Shown piece after piece: positions 8,666-16,910 of a stretch of 19,969 bases of DNA. Source of the stretch: a bacterium (GTDB lineage Bacteria > Hinthialibacterota > Hinthialibacteria > Hinthialibacterales > Hinthialibacteraceae). The stretch is taken from positions 1-19,969 of the forward strand of contig CAXXSM010000107.1 of the NCBI GenBank assembly GCA_963663405.2, in the 5' to 3' direction. Made by a program: the position numbers and the translations under genes. How positions within the stretch are numbered: the first letter of the stretch is position 1; every line of letters starts with the position of its first letter. A model generated the notes under the pieces. It was not told where the DNA came from and searched no databases. It saw nothing but the letters and a program-made list of their open reading frames with translations.

Positions 8666-9652
8666 ATGAAGCGATCGTATGTGAGAACGTATACTCTTTG
8701 TTTTCTCTCCCTGCTTCTTTGTTTTTCCTGCGGTGGAGAGAACGGTAAGGATGAAGCGAAAGGATTTCAAATCGCGGTGATTCCGAAGGGAACATCGAAT
8801 GTGTATTGGCAGACGGTGCACAGCGGCGCTCTCAGCGCCGCGAAGGAATTGGGCGTTCAGGTTCTTTGGTCCGGCCCCAAAGTGGAAACGGATAAAGCGC
8901 AGCAGATCGAGATTGTGGAAGATTTTATTGTACAGGGATTGGATGGTATCGTACTGGCTCCACAGGATGTCAACGCGCTGGTTCCCGTAGTCGACCGGGT
9001 CGCTGACGCCAATATTCCATTGGTTTTGATGGATTCCGGTTTGAATTCAGAGAAATACATCAGCTACGTCGCGACGGATAACTACAAAGGGGGAGCCGAA
9101 GGCGCCAAAGAAATGGGCCGGAGATTGAAGGACGGTGGGAAAGTGGTCATCGTCGCCAACGATCCTGGAGGGGAATCGACCAACGCCCGTGAAAAAGGAT
9201 TCCGTGAGACGATCGAAAAGGATTTTCCTGCGATCGAGATCATTGACATGAAATATCATTATAACGATCGGGGAAAAGCGCGCGCGATCATGGATGATTT
9301 GCTAATACGCCATCCCAACATGGACGGTGTTTTCTGCAGCAACGAATCCAGTACGATGGGAGCTATGTTCGCGCTGCAATCGACTGGCGCGGCGGATCGG
9401 ATAGTGTTTATTGGATTTGATTCCTCCCCGGAATTGGTCGTTGGACTTCGGGAAGGCGTTCTTCAAGCGATCGTCCAACAAGATCCATTTCGCATTGGGT
9501 ATGAAGGTGTGAAGGCAATGGTCCGCCATTTACAGGGAGAGAAAGTGGAACGTTGGCTTGATACCGGTGTCTACGTCGTGACGAAAGAGAACATGGATGA
9601 GCCTCAAATCGCTAGATTGCTGAATCCTGATTTTGGTGAATTAGATCGCTAA
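8666..9652 (+). CDS. Sugar ABC transporter substrate-binding lipoprotein (RbsB/Peripla_BP_4 type), possibly inositol-binding
   Basis: Lipoprotein-like signal (MKRS..LLLCFSC). IAVIPKG, YWQTVHSGA, DGIVLAP, YVATDNYKGG, REKGF, FIGFDSS, QQDPFRIGYEGV. RBS GGAG upstream. Confidence 0.88.
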   Translation: MKRSYVRTYTLCFLSLLLCFSCGGENGKDEAKGFQIAVIPKGTSNVYWQTVHSGALSAAKELGVQVLWSGPKVETDKAQQIEIVEDFIVQGLDGIVLAPQDVNALVPVVDRVADANIPLVLMDSGLNSEKYISYVATDNYKGGAEGAKEMGRRLKDGGKVVIVANDPGGESTNAREKGFRETIEKDFPAIEIIDMKYHYNDRGKARAIMDDLLIRHPNMDGVFCSNESSTMGAMFALQSTGAADRIVFIGFDSSPELVVGLREGVLQAIVQQDPFRIGYEGVKAMVRHLQGEKVERWLDTGVYVVTKENMDEPQIARLLNPDFGELDR

Positions 9653-9777
9653 AAATTGATTTTTCTGTCAAGAACTGAGTCATGAGTTTTTCTCTTCCAT
9701 TGATAATCCCCTTCCAATCCCAATAGGCGGGTAAAATATAGAATCTTATCTAATCCCAATAGATTGAAAGACAATGT

Positions 9778-10569
9778 ATGAATGAGGCACTTGTATTTGT
9801 GGGGCATGGAAGCCCTCATCCATCAGCGGCGATGGAATTTATGCGATTGGTGGAATATGCGCGAGAACGAAATCCAGCGTATACAATAGAGTATTGTTGC
9901 TTAAACCATCAATCTCCGTCCATTGAAGAAATGGTTGAAATTTGTGCGAAACGGGGTGTGGAAACGATTGTCATGCTTCCAGTTTTTTTGTTTCGCGCTG
10001 GTCATGTAAAAAAAGACATTCCTACCGCTATCCAGACCGCGCAGCGGCGGTTTCCGCATCTTTCAATCCTTCTTGCCAACAGTATGGCCATCCATCCTAA
10101 ATTGCTCGAAGTTTGTACGAACCGGATCGTAGAGGTGGAGCAAACCGCCGCGCCACTGGCGAGAGAAGAAACCTTGCTTCTAACCGCAGCGAGTGGAAGC
10201 GTCGATCCCTGCGCGAATGGGGATGTCTGCAAACTGACACGAATGATAGGGGAAGAGATGGGATTCGGTTGGGCCGCTTCCTGTTTTCTCGCTTTGACGC
10301 GGCCCAATCTACAGGAAGGACTTCAACGATGTCAGCGTATGGGATACAAACGGATTATTGTGGTTCCACTTCTTTTATTTGCGGGTGTGATGATGGACCG
10401 GATTCAAAAGATCCTGAAATCTTTCGCAATGGATCATTCAGAGACGGAATTTTTATTGGCGAATCATCTTAATGAGCCATCGCTTCTCATTGAGATTCTG
10501 GAAGATCGCGCCTATGAGACGATTCACCGGGGAAGGATTGTGAATGGGATGAAGGCGCAGGATCAGTAG
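9778..10569 (+). CDS. cbiX: Sirohydrochlorin chelatase, two-domain CbiX/SirB family
   Basis: VGHGS and PVFLFRAGHVKKDIP carry the catalytic His pair of domain 1. Second domain GSVDPCANGDVCKLTR...GFGWA..CF...IIVVPLLLFAG. Confidence 0.82.
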   Translation: MNEALVFVGHGSPHPSAAMEFMRLVEYARERNPAYTIEYCCLNHQSPSIEEMVEICAKRGVETIVMLPVFLFRAGHVKKDIPTAIQTAQRRFPHLSILLANSMAIHPKLLEVCTNRIVEVEQTAAPLAREETLLLTAASGSVDPCANGDVCKLTRMIGEEMGFGWAASCFLALTRPNLQEGLQRCQRMGYKRIIVVPLLLFAGVMMDRIQKILKSFAMDHSETEFLLANHLNEPSLLIEILEDRAYETIHRGRIVNGMKAQDQ

Positions 10570-10609
10570 TAAAATAAAAGCGTTTGTTATACGCCGATTG
10601 GATATTTTT

Positions 10610-11434
10610 TCATCGCATTGATTCCGCAAGGCGTTCAAATAAATCATCTTTCATATCGATCTCAACCTGCTTCACATCCGGCAGCGCTTCCACTCGTTCT
10701 TTGATGAGATCCATATTTTTCTGTTGTGACCGCCGGTGGGCTTTAGTATTCACGATTACTTTCCCTTCTTCGCAGTGCACTTGAATCTCTGGATCGAGAT
10801 CGATGAGAAGAGCCTTGATCCTATAGGATAGTTCTTTGTTCTTTGCCCGTTGAATCGAAAAAGTCATTGGTTGATATTTTCGATCTTTGATGGCCGTTGT
10901 GATTAGGGAGAGGGCCTCGTCCATATTTGTATGGCTGTCATTGATTGTTAGATCGTAAAGTTTGGGATCGGAATCATCGAGTCCAAACACCATACTCGCC
11001 CATTTTTCTCGTTCCGCCTCTTCCCGCGCGACGAGTTTTTCCGCCTTTTCGCGTGAAATATTTTCCCGATCAATGGTGAATTGTATCCGGGCCTCCGTGG
11101 AGGTTTGGAGATGCGCTTTCAAAATATGGGAGATGTCTTGCGCGATAATATGGCCAGCTGGCCCATGATAGACAAGGTTGTCTTTTAATAAGTATTCGGC
11201 GGCGGCGGCCAGAATGTAAGAAACATTGCGTATTCGTGTATGTTCGGACAGTTCAAAAAAGGACGGAGCGTGATGAATTGTATGAGAGAGTTTTGATTCG
11301 AGCACATTGAATCGTTTCGAAGCCGTTTCAATCACTTCCCGGCCCACCGATTCATACCCTAAGATTGAGGCGACTCGATCGGCTATATTTTCTCGCACAC
11401 CGCTGTTGCCATAAGAAATAGTGATTATTGACAT
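10610..11434 (-). CDS. Cytidylate-kinase-like family protein with a probable C-terminal BON-like domain
   Basis: Start re-set to ATG 11434 (RBS AAAGGAAGAG). IITIS..., LGYESVGREVI, NLVYHGPAGH and DPKLYDLTIN are typical of the Cytidylate_kin2 family. The C-terminal IQVHCEEGKVIV...VEALPDVKQVEI resembles a BON domain. Confidence 0.72.
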   Translation of the reverse strand: MSIITISYGNSGVRENIADRVASILGYESVGREVIETASKRFNVLESKLSHTIHHAPSFFELSEHTRIRNVSYILAAAAEYLLKDNLVYHGPAGHIIAQDISHILKAHLQTSTEARIQFTIDRENISREKAEKLVAREEAEREKWASMVFGLDDSDPKLYDLTINDSHTNMDEALSLITTAIKDRKYQPMTFSIQRAKNKELSYRIKALLIDLDPEIQVHCEEGKVIVNTKAHRRSQQKNMDLIKERVEALPDVKQVEIDMKDDLFERLAESMR

Positions 11435-11723
11435 CGCAATCTCTTCCTTTCCACCGATTCGTTCAAGCCGTTTCTGTGATTGATCCGAATAGCCTAACCA
11501 AATATCCTGGCGCCGCATTATTCAGTTACATTTTTCCATTTACCTCCATACGGCCATGTGGATTTCTTTTCTAAAGGGTATTTGAATACAAGAAATCGTG
11601 AATCAAAATGGAACGGTTCTCTTACATATTAATATCACAGATATCAATCTGAGTAAACCATAAATTTTGAGATTGGAATCAAGTTGATAAAAAATTGATT
11701 GGAGAGAATCTGGAATTCCTTTT

Positions 11724-12254
11724 CTACTCACGGTTAAATTGTTGAATCAATTTAACCAGTGACCATTTCATCCCCAAAGAAATGGCGAGTTGATAGATTT
11801 CGTATGAACGGAAGGGTTTTTGGAGAAAGAGTATTTTTTCGGGGGGAGGAATTTGCAGAGGGATGCTCTTTAAATCGGAATCCGAATAACCAGTGGCGAT
11901 CACGATTTCAATATCCGAGTCTAACGCCCGGATTTGTCCGGCGGTCCATACACCATCCGGTCCGGGGGGCATGCGTATATCAATGAAGGCGACGGCGAAG
12001 AGTTCGTTTCGTTCGATTGACGTTCGAACCGCCTCAACCGCTTCTTCTCCCTGTTGGCAAAGAGTCACGTCAAAAGAGAACTTTGGAGTTTTGATTGAAT
12101 CCCCGCCGAATAATTTAGCCTGAAGATCTTCGAATTTTGAATCTTCCCGATTTTTAGAACGTTGAGAGGTGAGTATGCTCTTGTATAAATCTAATATTAG
12201 CGCTTCATCATCCACGGCAAGAATTCGATAGCGCTTAGAATCGGAATTACTCAT
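11724..12254 (-). CDS. Single-domain response regulator (receiver) with an internal insertion
   Basis: RILAVDDE, AFIDIRMPPGPDG (phospho-acceptor Asp), IVIATGYSD, FLQKPF. Start ambiguous (12254, 12257 or 12263) and overlaps the kinase stop. Confidence 0.85.
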   Translation of the reverse strand: MSNSDSKRYRILAVDDEALILDLYKSILTSQRSKNREDSKFEDLQAKLFGGDSIKTPKFSFDVTLCQQGEEAVEAVRTSIERNELFAVAFIDIRMPPGPDGVWTAGQIRALDSDIEIVIATGYSDSDLKSIPLQIPPPEKILFLQKPFRSYEIYQLAISLGMKWSLVKLIQQFNRE

Positions 12255-14151
12255 CATCACCACCTGTGGTCAGTATAGTTGGATTTTCTGGTACAATCAA
12301 ATGGAGGCAAGCCCCTTGTCCGTGTCCTTCACTCTCAGCGTAGATACTTCCATGCATCGCAGATATCGTATTAGCGCACCAATGGAGGCCATACCCAGAT
12401 GATATGTCACTTTTTGTAGAAAATCCTCGTTCAAAAATATGGGTAAAAATGTCTGTTGCGATCCCTTCTCCATTATCTTGAATTCGGATATGAATCCCAT
12501 TGACACCACTCACCTGCTCCTGATTCGCTTGGATATTGATAACGCCCTTGGATTGTTTTGCCCGTTTGATTGATTCGGCCGCATTTTTGATAAGGTTTTC
12601 CAGTACTTTTAAGAAAGATGGTTTATGCGTACTGAGTGGACCGATTTCCTCCAGCCGTGGATCGAAGATAATCGAAATCCCATCGTCTGGACCATAGGGA
12701 ACTTGGTTTGCCGCTTCTCGCACAGCGTCATGTAAGGATATCGATTCGAGGATTCGTTCAGCGTGTGAATACTGATCTTGATCCGCTAGCATTTTTTCCA
12801 ATTGGGAAATTATTTGAACGAGACTGTTTAACTGATCGTCAGAATCATGAAGACGCGCAGAGATGTTTTCATTCGCTAAAGAGATGAAATCCTTTAAATT
12901 TCTTTTCCGTTCGGCGGGACAGTGGTTTGCGTCCAATTCCCGTTGCGCTGTTTGTATCTGTTCGATGGAGATTCCCCGGAGATTCTGATGCACTCTATCA
13001 ATCGTTCCAATCATTGGACCAAGCGAATTACGGATATTGTGGAGGACATTCGCGGCCATCTCCGCCATGCCTGAGTAATACGATTGCTTGATTAACTTCT
13101 TCCGAATTTCGTCTAGTTGCTGAATCATGCAATTGAATTCTTTGGATAGAATCCCAATTTCATCCTTTCTCTGCATTACTAGAATGTTCGACATGTCACC
13201 CGTTTTCCCAATGGTTGTTGCATGATGTGTTAATTTGGAGAGTGGTCCAACGATTGTATATTGAAGCAATACTAACATAACGACTAGAAAAACCAGACCT
13301 GCAATGAGAATGGATATCAGTGCGAAATGAATTACAATAGTTCCTTTTTTGCTGATTTCGCGTGGAATGTCTACCCGTATCAGTAGAGCTGGTTCATCCT
13401 GGAAATCGGGGAAAGCCGTGTAGATCAATAGACTGTCACTACTTTGATAGCGAAGAAGATATGGATCCTCCTTTGAAATTTGTTCCAGCGCGTCCTGTTC
13501 CTCCGCGTGGAGCGAGCCCCCTGCGATCGGCCAAACGTGCAATGAGGCGCGGGTTTGTTCATTCAGGTTTGTAATCAATTCATCATTAAACATTCGCCCC
13601 ATCATAATCGTTCCCCGGATTGGCCCTGTATCATCGCTTTTGATTATGGGCCGGGAAGCGATCAGCATGGGACCGCGCGTGGTAAGAATGACACCGGAAA
13701 TGGTGTGGTCTATTGTGTTGTGCTGAAGTAACGGATGGGTTTCTGGCCAGATTTCTTTTGGAAATTCATCCATCTCGATGTGTTCTTCTGTCTTTAGATC
13801 GTATATGTCCCCCCATATCACCTTGCCCGTGCGATCTATGTAGTATATGAGATCGAGATTACTGTCCAAAAAAGTCTCTAGCAGTAAGTTCGAATTGATA
13901 TAGTCGCTGTTCTTGTCTTCTATAAAGTCATATGTATTATCCCAGGCGCCCCAATCGTGAACCAGTAGATCGAGATGATGGATCTCCCTCCATAAGGCCT
14001 CTGTAACTCGTTCTATATCCTTGATGGCCTCTTCTCGTTCAAGTGATGTGAAACTGGGAAGGATTATGTATTGTTGGATACCATAATTTAGCGCTCCAAA
14101 CATGATTATCACAAACAGCGTGATGAATATTACTTTAGTTCTCAGCAGCAT
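12247..14151 (-). CDS. Membrane sensor histidine kinase (CHASE4-like periplasmic domain, HAMP, HisKA, HATPase)
   Basis: Two TM segments flank DWGAWDNTYDFI and GTIMMGR (CHASE4-like). HAMP PLSKL...KDEIGILSKEFN. H-box GMAEMAANVLHNIRNSL, N-box NLIKNAAES, DNGEGI, FERGFSTK, GYGLH, SEGHGQGA. Confidence 0.92.
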   Translation of the reverse strand: MLLRTKVIFITLFVIIMFGALNYGIQQYIILPSFTSLEREEAIKDIERVTEALWREIHHLDLLVHDWGAWDNTYDFIEDKNSDYINSNLLLETFLDSNLDLIYYIDRTGKVIWGDIYDLKTEEHIEMDEFPKEIWPETHPLLQHNTIDHTISGVILTTRGPMLIASRPIIKSDDTGPIRGTIMMGRMFNDELITNLNEQTRASLHVWPIAGGSLHAEEQDALEQISKEDPYLLRYQSSDSLLIYTAFPDFQDEPALLIRVDIPREISKKGTIVIHFALISILIAGLVFLVVMLVLLQYTIVGPLSKLTHHATTIGKTGDMSNILVMQRKDEIGILSKEFNCMIQQLDEIRKKLIKQSYYSGMAEMAANVLHNIRNSLGPMIGTIDRVHQNLRGISIEQIQTAQRELDANHCPAERKRNLKDFISLANENISARLHDSDDQLNSLVQIISQLEKMLADQDQYSHAERILESISLHDAVREAANQVPYGPDDGISIIFDPRLEEIGPLSTHKPSFLKVLENLIKNAAESIKRAKQSKGVINIQANQEQVSGVNGIHIRIQDNGEGIATDIFTHIFERGFSTKSDISSGYGLHWCANTISAMHGSIYAESEGHGQGACLHLIVPENPTILTTGGDDE

Positions 14152-14399
14152 TTTGTTTTATTATCCATTTGATTGACGCTGTATATCATCGGATTGTGAC
14201 AAATCCATAAAAAATCGAATGGGTATTTTTTTTCGTAAGAACGCATGAAACATTATATCTAAAATTTTAAATCTATATTATACCATCTAGGAATCCTTTC
14301 AAAGGAGTGGCTCGCGTCTATCCAAAATAGTAGGCCGTTGTGTTCCGATATTATCGAATGATTAAAACTGAAATTGAAGATTGCATATTCTCTGCATAA

Positions 14400-14415
14400 T
14401 GGCTTATTCTTTGCA
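14400..14415 (+). promoter_or_regulatory. Candidate sigma-54 (-24/-12) promoter
   Basis: TGGCTTATTCTTTGCA matches TGGC-N7-TTGCA, with GG (14401-14402) and GC (14413-14414) exactly 10 nt apart, in an AT-rich intergenic region about 200 nt upstream of the hydrolase gene. Confidence 0.35.
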
Positions 14416-14615
14416 ATGAATTGGTGGTGTAAAGCATTTGCATGTTGGAACACTGTGGTTTTTATCTCTACTGTTTCGATTTACATGCGTATTAAGGGAT
14501 GTATAATTTCCAGTAGAAATGTGTCTGCTTGATCGTATTAAAATTGTACGCCTTTGATAGTACCCGAATTTATTGTAATTCGGTATTTGATTTTATTAGG
14601 GAAGGAGAGTGAATT

Positions 14616-15872
14616 GTGGGGATATTTTCTCGATTTGTGTTTCTTTGGGTAGTGTTTGGATGCTTAGGGGGGTGTTCGAGTGTAATAGTAAAGGACGATT
14701 CCAATTGGATTCTGCCGGCGGATACGATTCCGGAATCAACTCCCTGGGATTTGGTGGCGCTGAGCGAACCTCCTGCTATGGAGTGGCTCGATCGAAATGG
14801 TGAAGTATATTCACTGTTGTATGAAGGACTTTTCTATCAAGGTAAACCTACTCGTGTTTTCGCTTATTACGCCACACCAGGAACGCTGTCAGGTGATCTC
14901 TCGGTGGATCGAAATCTCCCTGCGGTTGTGCTGGTTCATGGTGGCGGGGGGCGCGCGTTCCGGGAATGGGCGCAGCTATGGGCGAGCCGGGGATACGCGG
15001 CGATCGCGATGGATTTAGCGGGTTGTGGACCGGATGGTTCCCGGCTCCCGGATGGCGGTCCCGGTCAGAGTGACGAATGTAAGTTTGGCCGGATCGACCA
15101 ACCGGTCAATGAACAATGGTCTTACCACGCTGTTGCGAATGTGATTCTTGCCCATTCGCTGATTCGTACATTCCCTGAAGTGGACGCCAGCCGGACCGCC
15201 ATTACGGGAATCAGCTGGGGTGGTTATCTGACATGCATTGTCGCAGGTCTCGATTCCCGCTTCAAAGCGGCTGTGCCTGTGTATGGCTGTGGATTTCTGC
15301 ACGAGAATAGTGTATGGCTGGATTGGTTCAATCAAAAAGCGTCTCCTGCGCAACGCCGAAAATGGGTACAGCTATGGGATCCATCTCAATACATGGGTTC
15401 AGCGTCCATGCCGGTTCTCTTTGTGAATGGAGGCAAGGATTTCGCCTACCCACCGGATAGTTATCAAAAAACTTACAATCTGGTTCTATCTCCTAAGAAC
15501 ATCCGTTATACTCCCGAACTAGATCATGGGCATATTTTTGACCGTCCGCCGGAAATTGAGCGTTTTATCGATCATCATCTCAATGGAGGCGCTCCACTGC
15601 CAAAAGTGATATCCTGCCAGATTATCAACGGGCAGGTTCAAGCTAAGGTTAAAACAAAGGAAAAACTGATTTCCGCCAGCTTGCACTATACAACGGATCC
15701 CATTCCCGGTGATAATAAAAATCGTGCGTGGAAAACTGTTTCCGCATTGGTGAAGGGAAAAGACATTACAGCGCCAGCGGCGCCGGATAACGCTACGATA
15801 TGGTTTATCACGGTCCAGGATGAAAAAGAATGTCTTGTATCCAGTCAACTTTTCGTATCAAATTGTGAATAA
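14616..15872 (+). CDS. Alpha/beta-hydrolase lipoprotein (acetylxylan-esterase/dienelactone-hydrolase-like)
   Basis: RBS GGAAGGAG. Lipobox-like CLGGC. VLVHGGGG, GYAAIAMDL, nucleophile elbow GISWGG, candidate Asp in GGKDFAY and His in LDHGH. Confidence 0.85.
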   Translation: MGIFSRFVFLWVVFGCLGGCSSVIVKDDSNWILPADTIPESTPWDLVALSEPPAMEWLDRNGEVYSLLYEGLFYQGKPTRVFAYYATPGTLSGDLSVDRNLPAVVLVHGGGGRAFREWAQLWASRGYAAIAMDLAGCGPDGSRLPDGGPGQSDECKFGRIDQPVNEQWSYHAVANVILAHSLIRTFPEVDASRTAITGISWGGYLTCIVAGLDSRFKAAVPVYGCGFLHENSVWLDWFNQKASPAQRRKWVQLWDPSQYMGSASMPVLFVNGGKDFAYPPDSYQKTYNLVLSPKNIRYTPELDHGHIFDRPPEIERFIDHHLNGGAPLPKVISCQIINGQVQAKVKTKEKLISASLHYTTDPIPGDNKNRAWKTVSALVKGKDITAPAAPDNATIWFITVQDEKECLVSSQLFVSNCE

Positions 15873-15919
15873 TATAATATACAAAGCTAGTTTTGAAAAT
15901 GTATATAGAAAGGTAAATT

Positions 15920-16399
15920 ATGATTGTTGATCGTTTAGACTGTTGGAATCAGTATCCGTTTGGAGAGACATGGAAACGTGTCTTTGATTTTTTATTAACC
16001 TTAGAGCCGAATGCGGAGGAAAAGAGATATCTAATCAAAGGGGATGATGTCTATGCGCAGGTGGCGAGTTATGAAACCCGTTTTCAAGATACAGCCGTCT
16101 TGGAGGCCCACCGCAAATATATAGATATACAAGCGTTGCTCATGGGGCAGGAAACAATCGGGTGGATTCCACAAGAAGGTTTAGAAGTAAAAGAACTATA
16201 TAATCCCACGAAAGACGTTGAATTCTATCACCATCCCAAACAGATCCAAGCGCAGCTTCACTTACAACCGGGTGTCTTTACCTTATTCAAACCTCATGAC
16301 GCGCATATGCCCGGATTGGTTTTAGGGGATACTCCAACGCAGGTGAAAAAAGTTGTTGTGAAGATAAAAGTGGATTTGTTGGAATGTTCGTGCGAATAA
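15920..16399 (+). CDS. YhcH/YjgK/YiaL (DUF386, NanQ-like) family protein
   Basis: LEAHRKYIDIQ, GQETIG, YNPTKDVEFY, FKPHDAHMP and VKKVVVKI match the family pattern. RBS AAAGG. Confidence 0.9.
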   Translation: MIVDRLDCWNQYPFGETWKRVFDFLLTLEPNAEEKRYLIKGDDVYAQVASYETRFQDTAVLEAHRKYIDIQALLMGQETIGWIPQEGLEVKELYNPTKDVEFYHHPKQIQAQLHLQPGVFTLFKPHDAHMPGLVLGDTPTQVKKVVVKIKVDLLECSCE

Positions 16400-16418
16400 T
16401 GGCGGAGAGTAAGAGAAT

Positions 16419-16910
16419 TTACTTTTTTTGAATGTCTTTTAAACATAAAAAATCGACTTTCACATTATTCTTCGCTAACGCTTCTTTCATGAGATACCAT
16501 TTTCGATCGACGGCTTGGAGAATCGGTGGATGTTTTGAGTGGGCTAACGCAACAGCGACGAACTTTTTATCGGATGGATCGAAGGTTTTCAATTTCGGAT
16601 CGGAAGGAAACTCTTCAAAATCTGTTTCGGATGAATTGCGAGGTGTGATTGGGACAAGTTCACATCTCTCACGATTATACATATTCGTATAAATCCATTT
16701 GAGAAATGCATCTCCGAATCCGGGTTGTCCTTCTGAACGTAGGTTTTTTCGATATTCCTTAAAAATTTTCCCTTGGTCGTCGAGTACTATTATTCCAGAC
16801 TTTTTGAGTTCTTCTAAACGTTTAACGCAGTTTTTTACACATTCAGGCGACGCTTGTTCGGATTTTCCATTAGCAACGACGGGGACATTTGTGTCCACAA
16901 CACAGATCAT
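16419..16910 (-). CDS. PIN-domain-like putative nuclease
   Basis: N-terminal CVVDTNV, IFKEYRKNL, FDPSDKKFVAVAL and ILQAVD supply the spaced acidic residues typical of PIN folds. Start overlaps the ATPase stop (ATGA at 16907-16910). Confidence 0.7.
   Translation of the reverse strand: MICVVDTNVPVVANGKSEQASPECVKNCVKRLEELKKSGIIVLDDQGKIFKEYRKNLRSEGQPGFGDAFLKWIYTNMYNRERCELVPITPRNSSETDFEEFPSDPKLKTFDPSDKKFVAVALAHSKHPPILQAVDRKWYLMKEALAKNNVKVDFLCLKDIQKK

Noticed and set aside
9711-9770. ATTGAAAG ending and a repeated 11-mer suggest a CRISPR repeat
   Set aside because: Only two short copies with a 36-bp period, too short for repeat plus spacer. No array or cas genes.
11435-11518. 28-aa N-terminal extension of the cytidylate-kinase-like ORF in the ORF track
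   Set aside because: Family similarity begins at MSIITIS, and a strong RBS lies directly before ATG 11434.
14191-14210. GGATTGTGACAAATCC dyad upstream of the kinase, resembling a Rex or CRP site
   Set aside because: The right half-site and spacing do not fit either consensus, and short dyads are common in AT-rich DNA.
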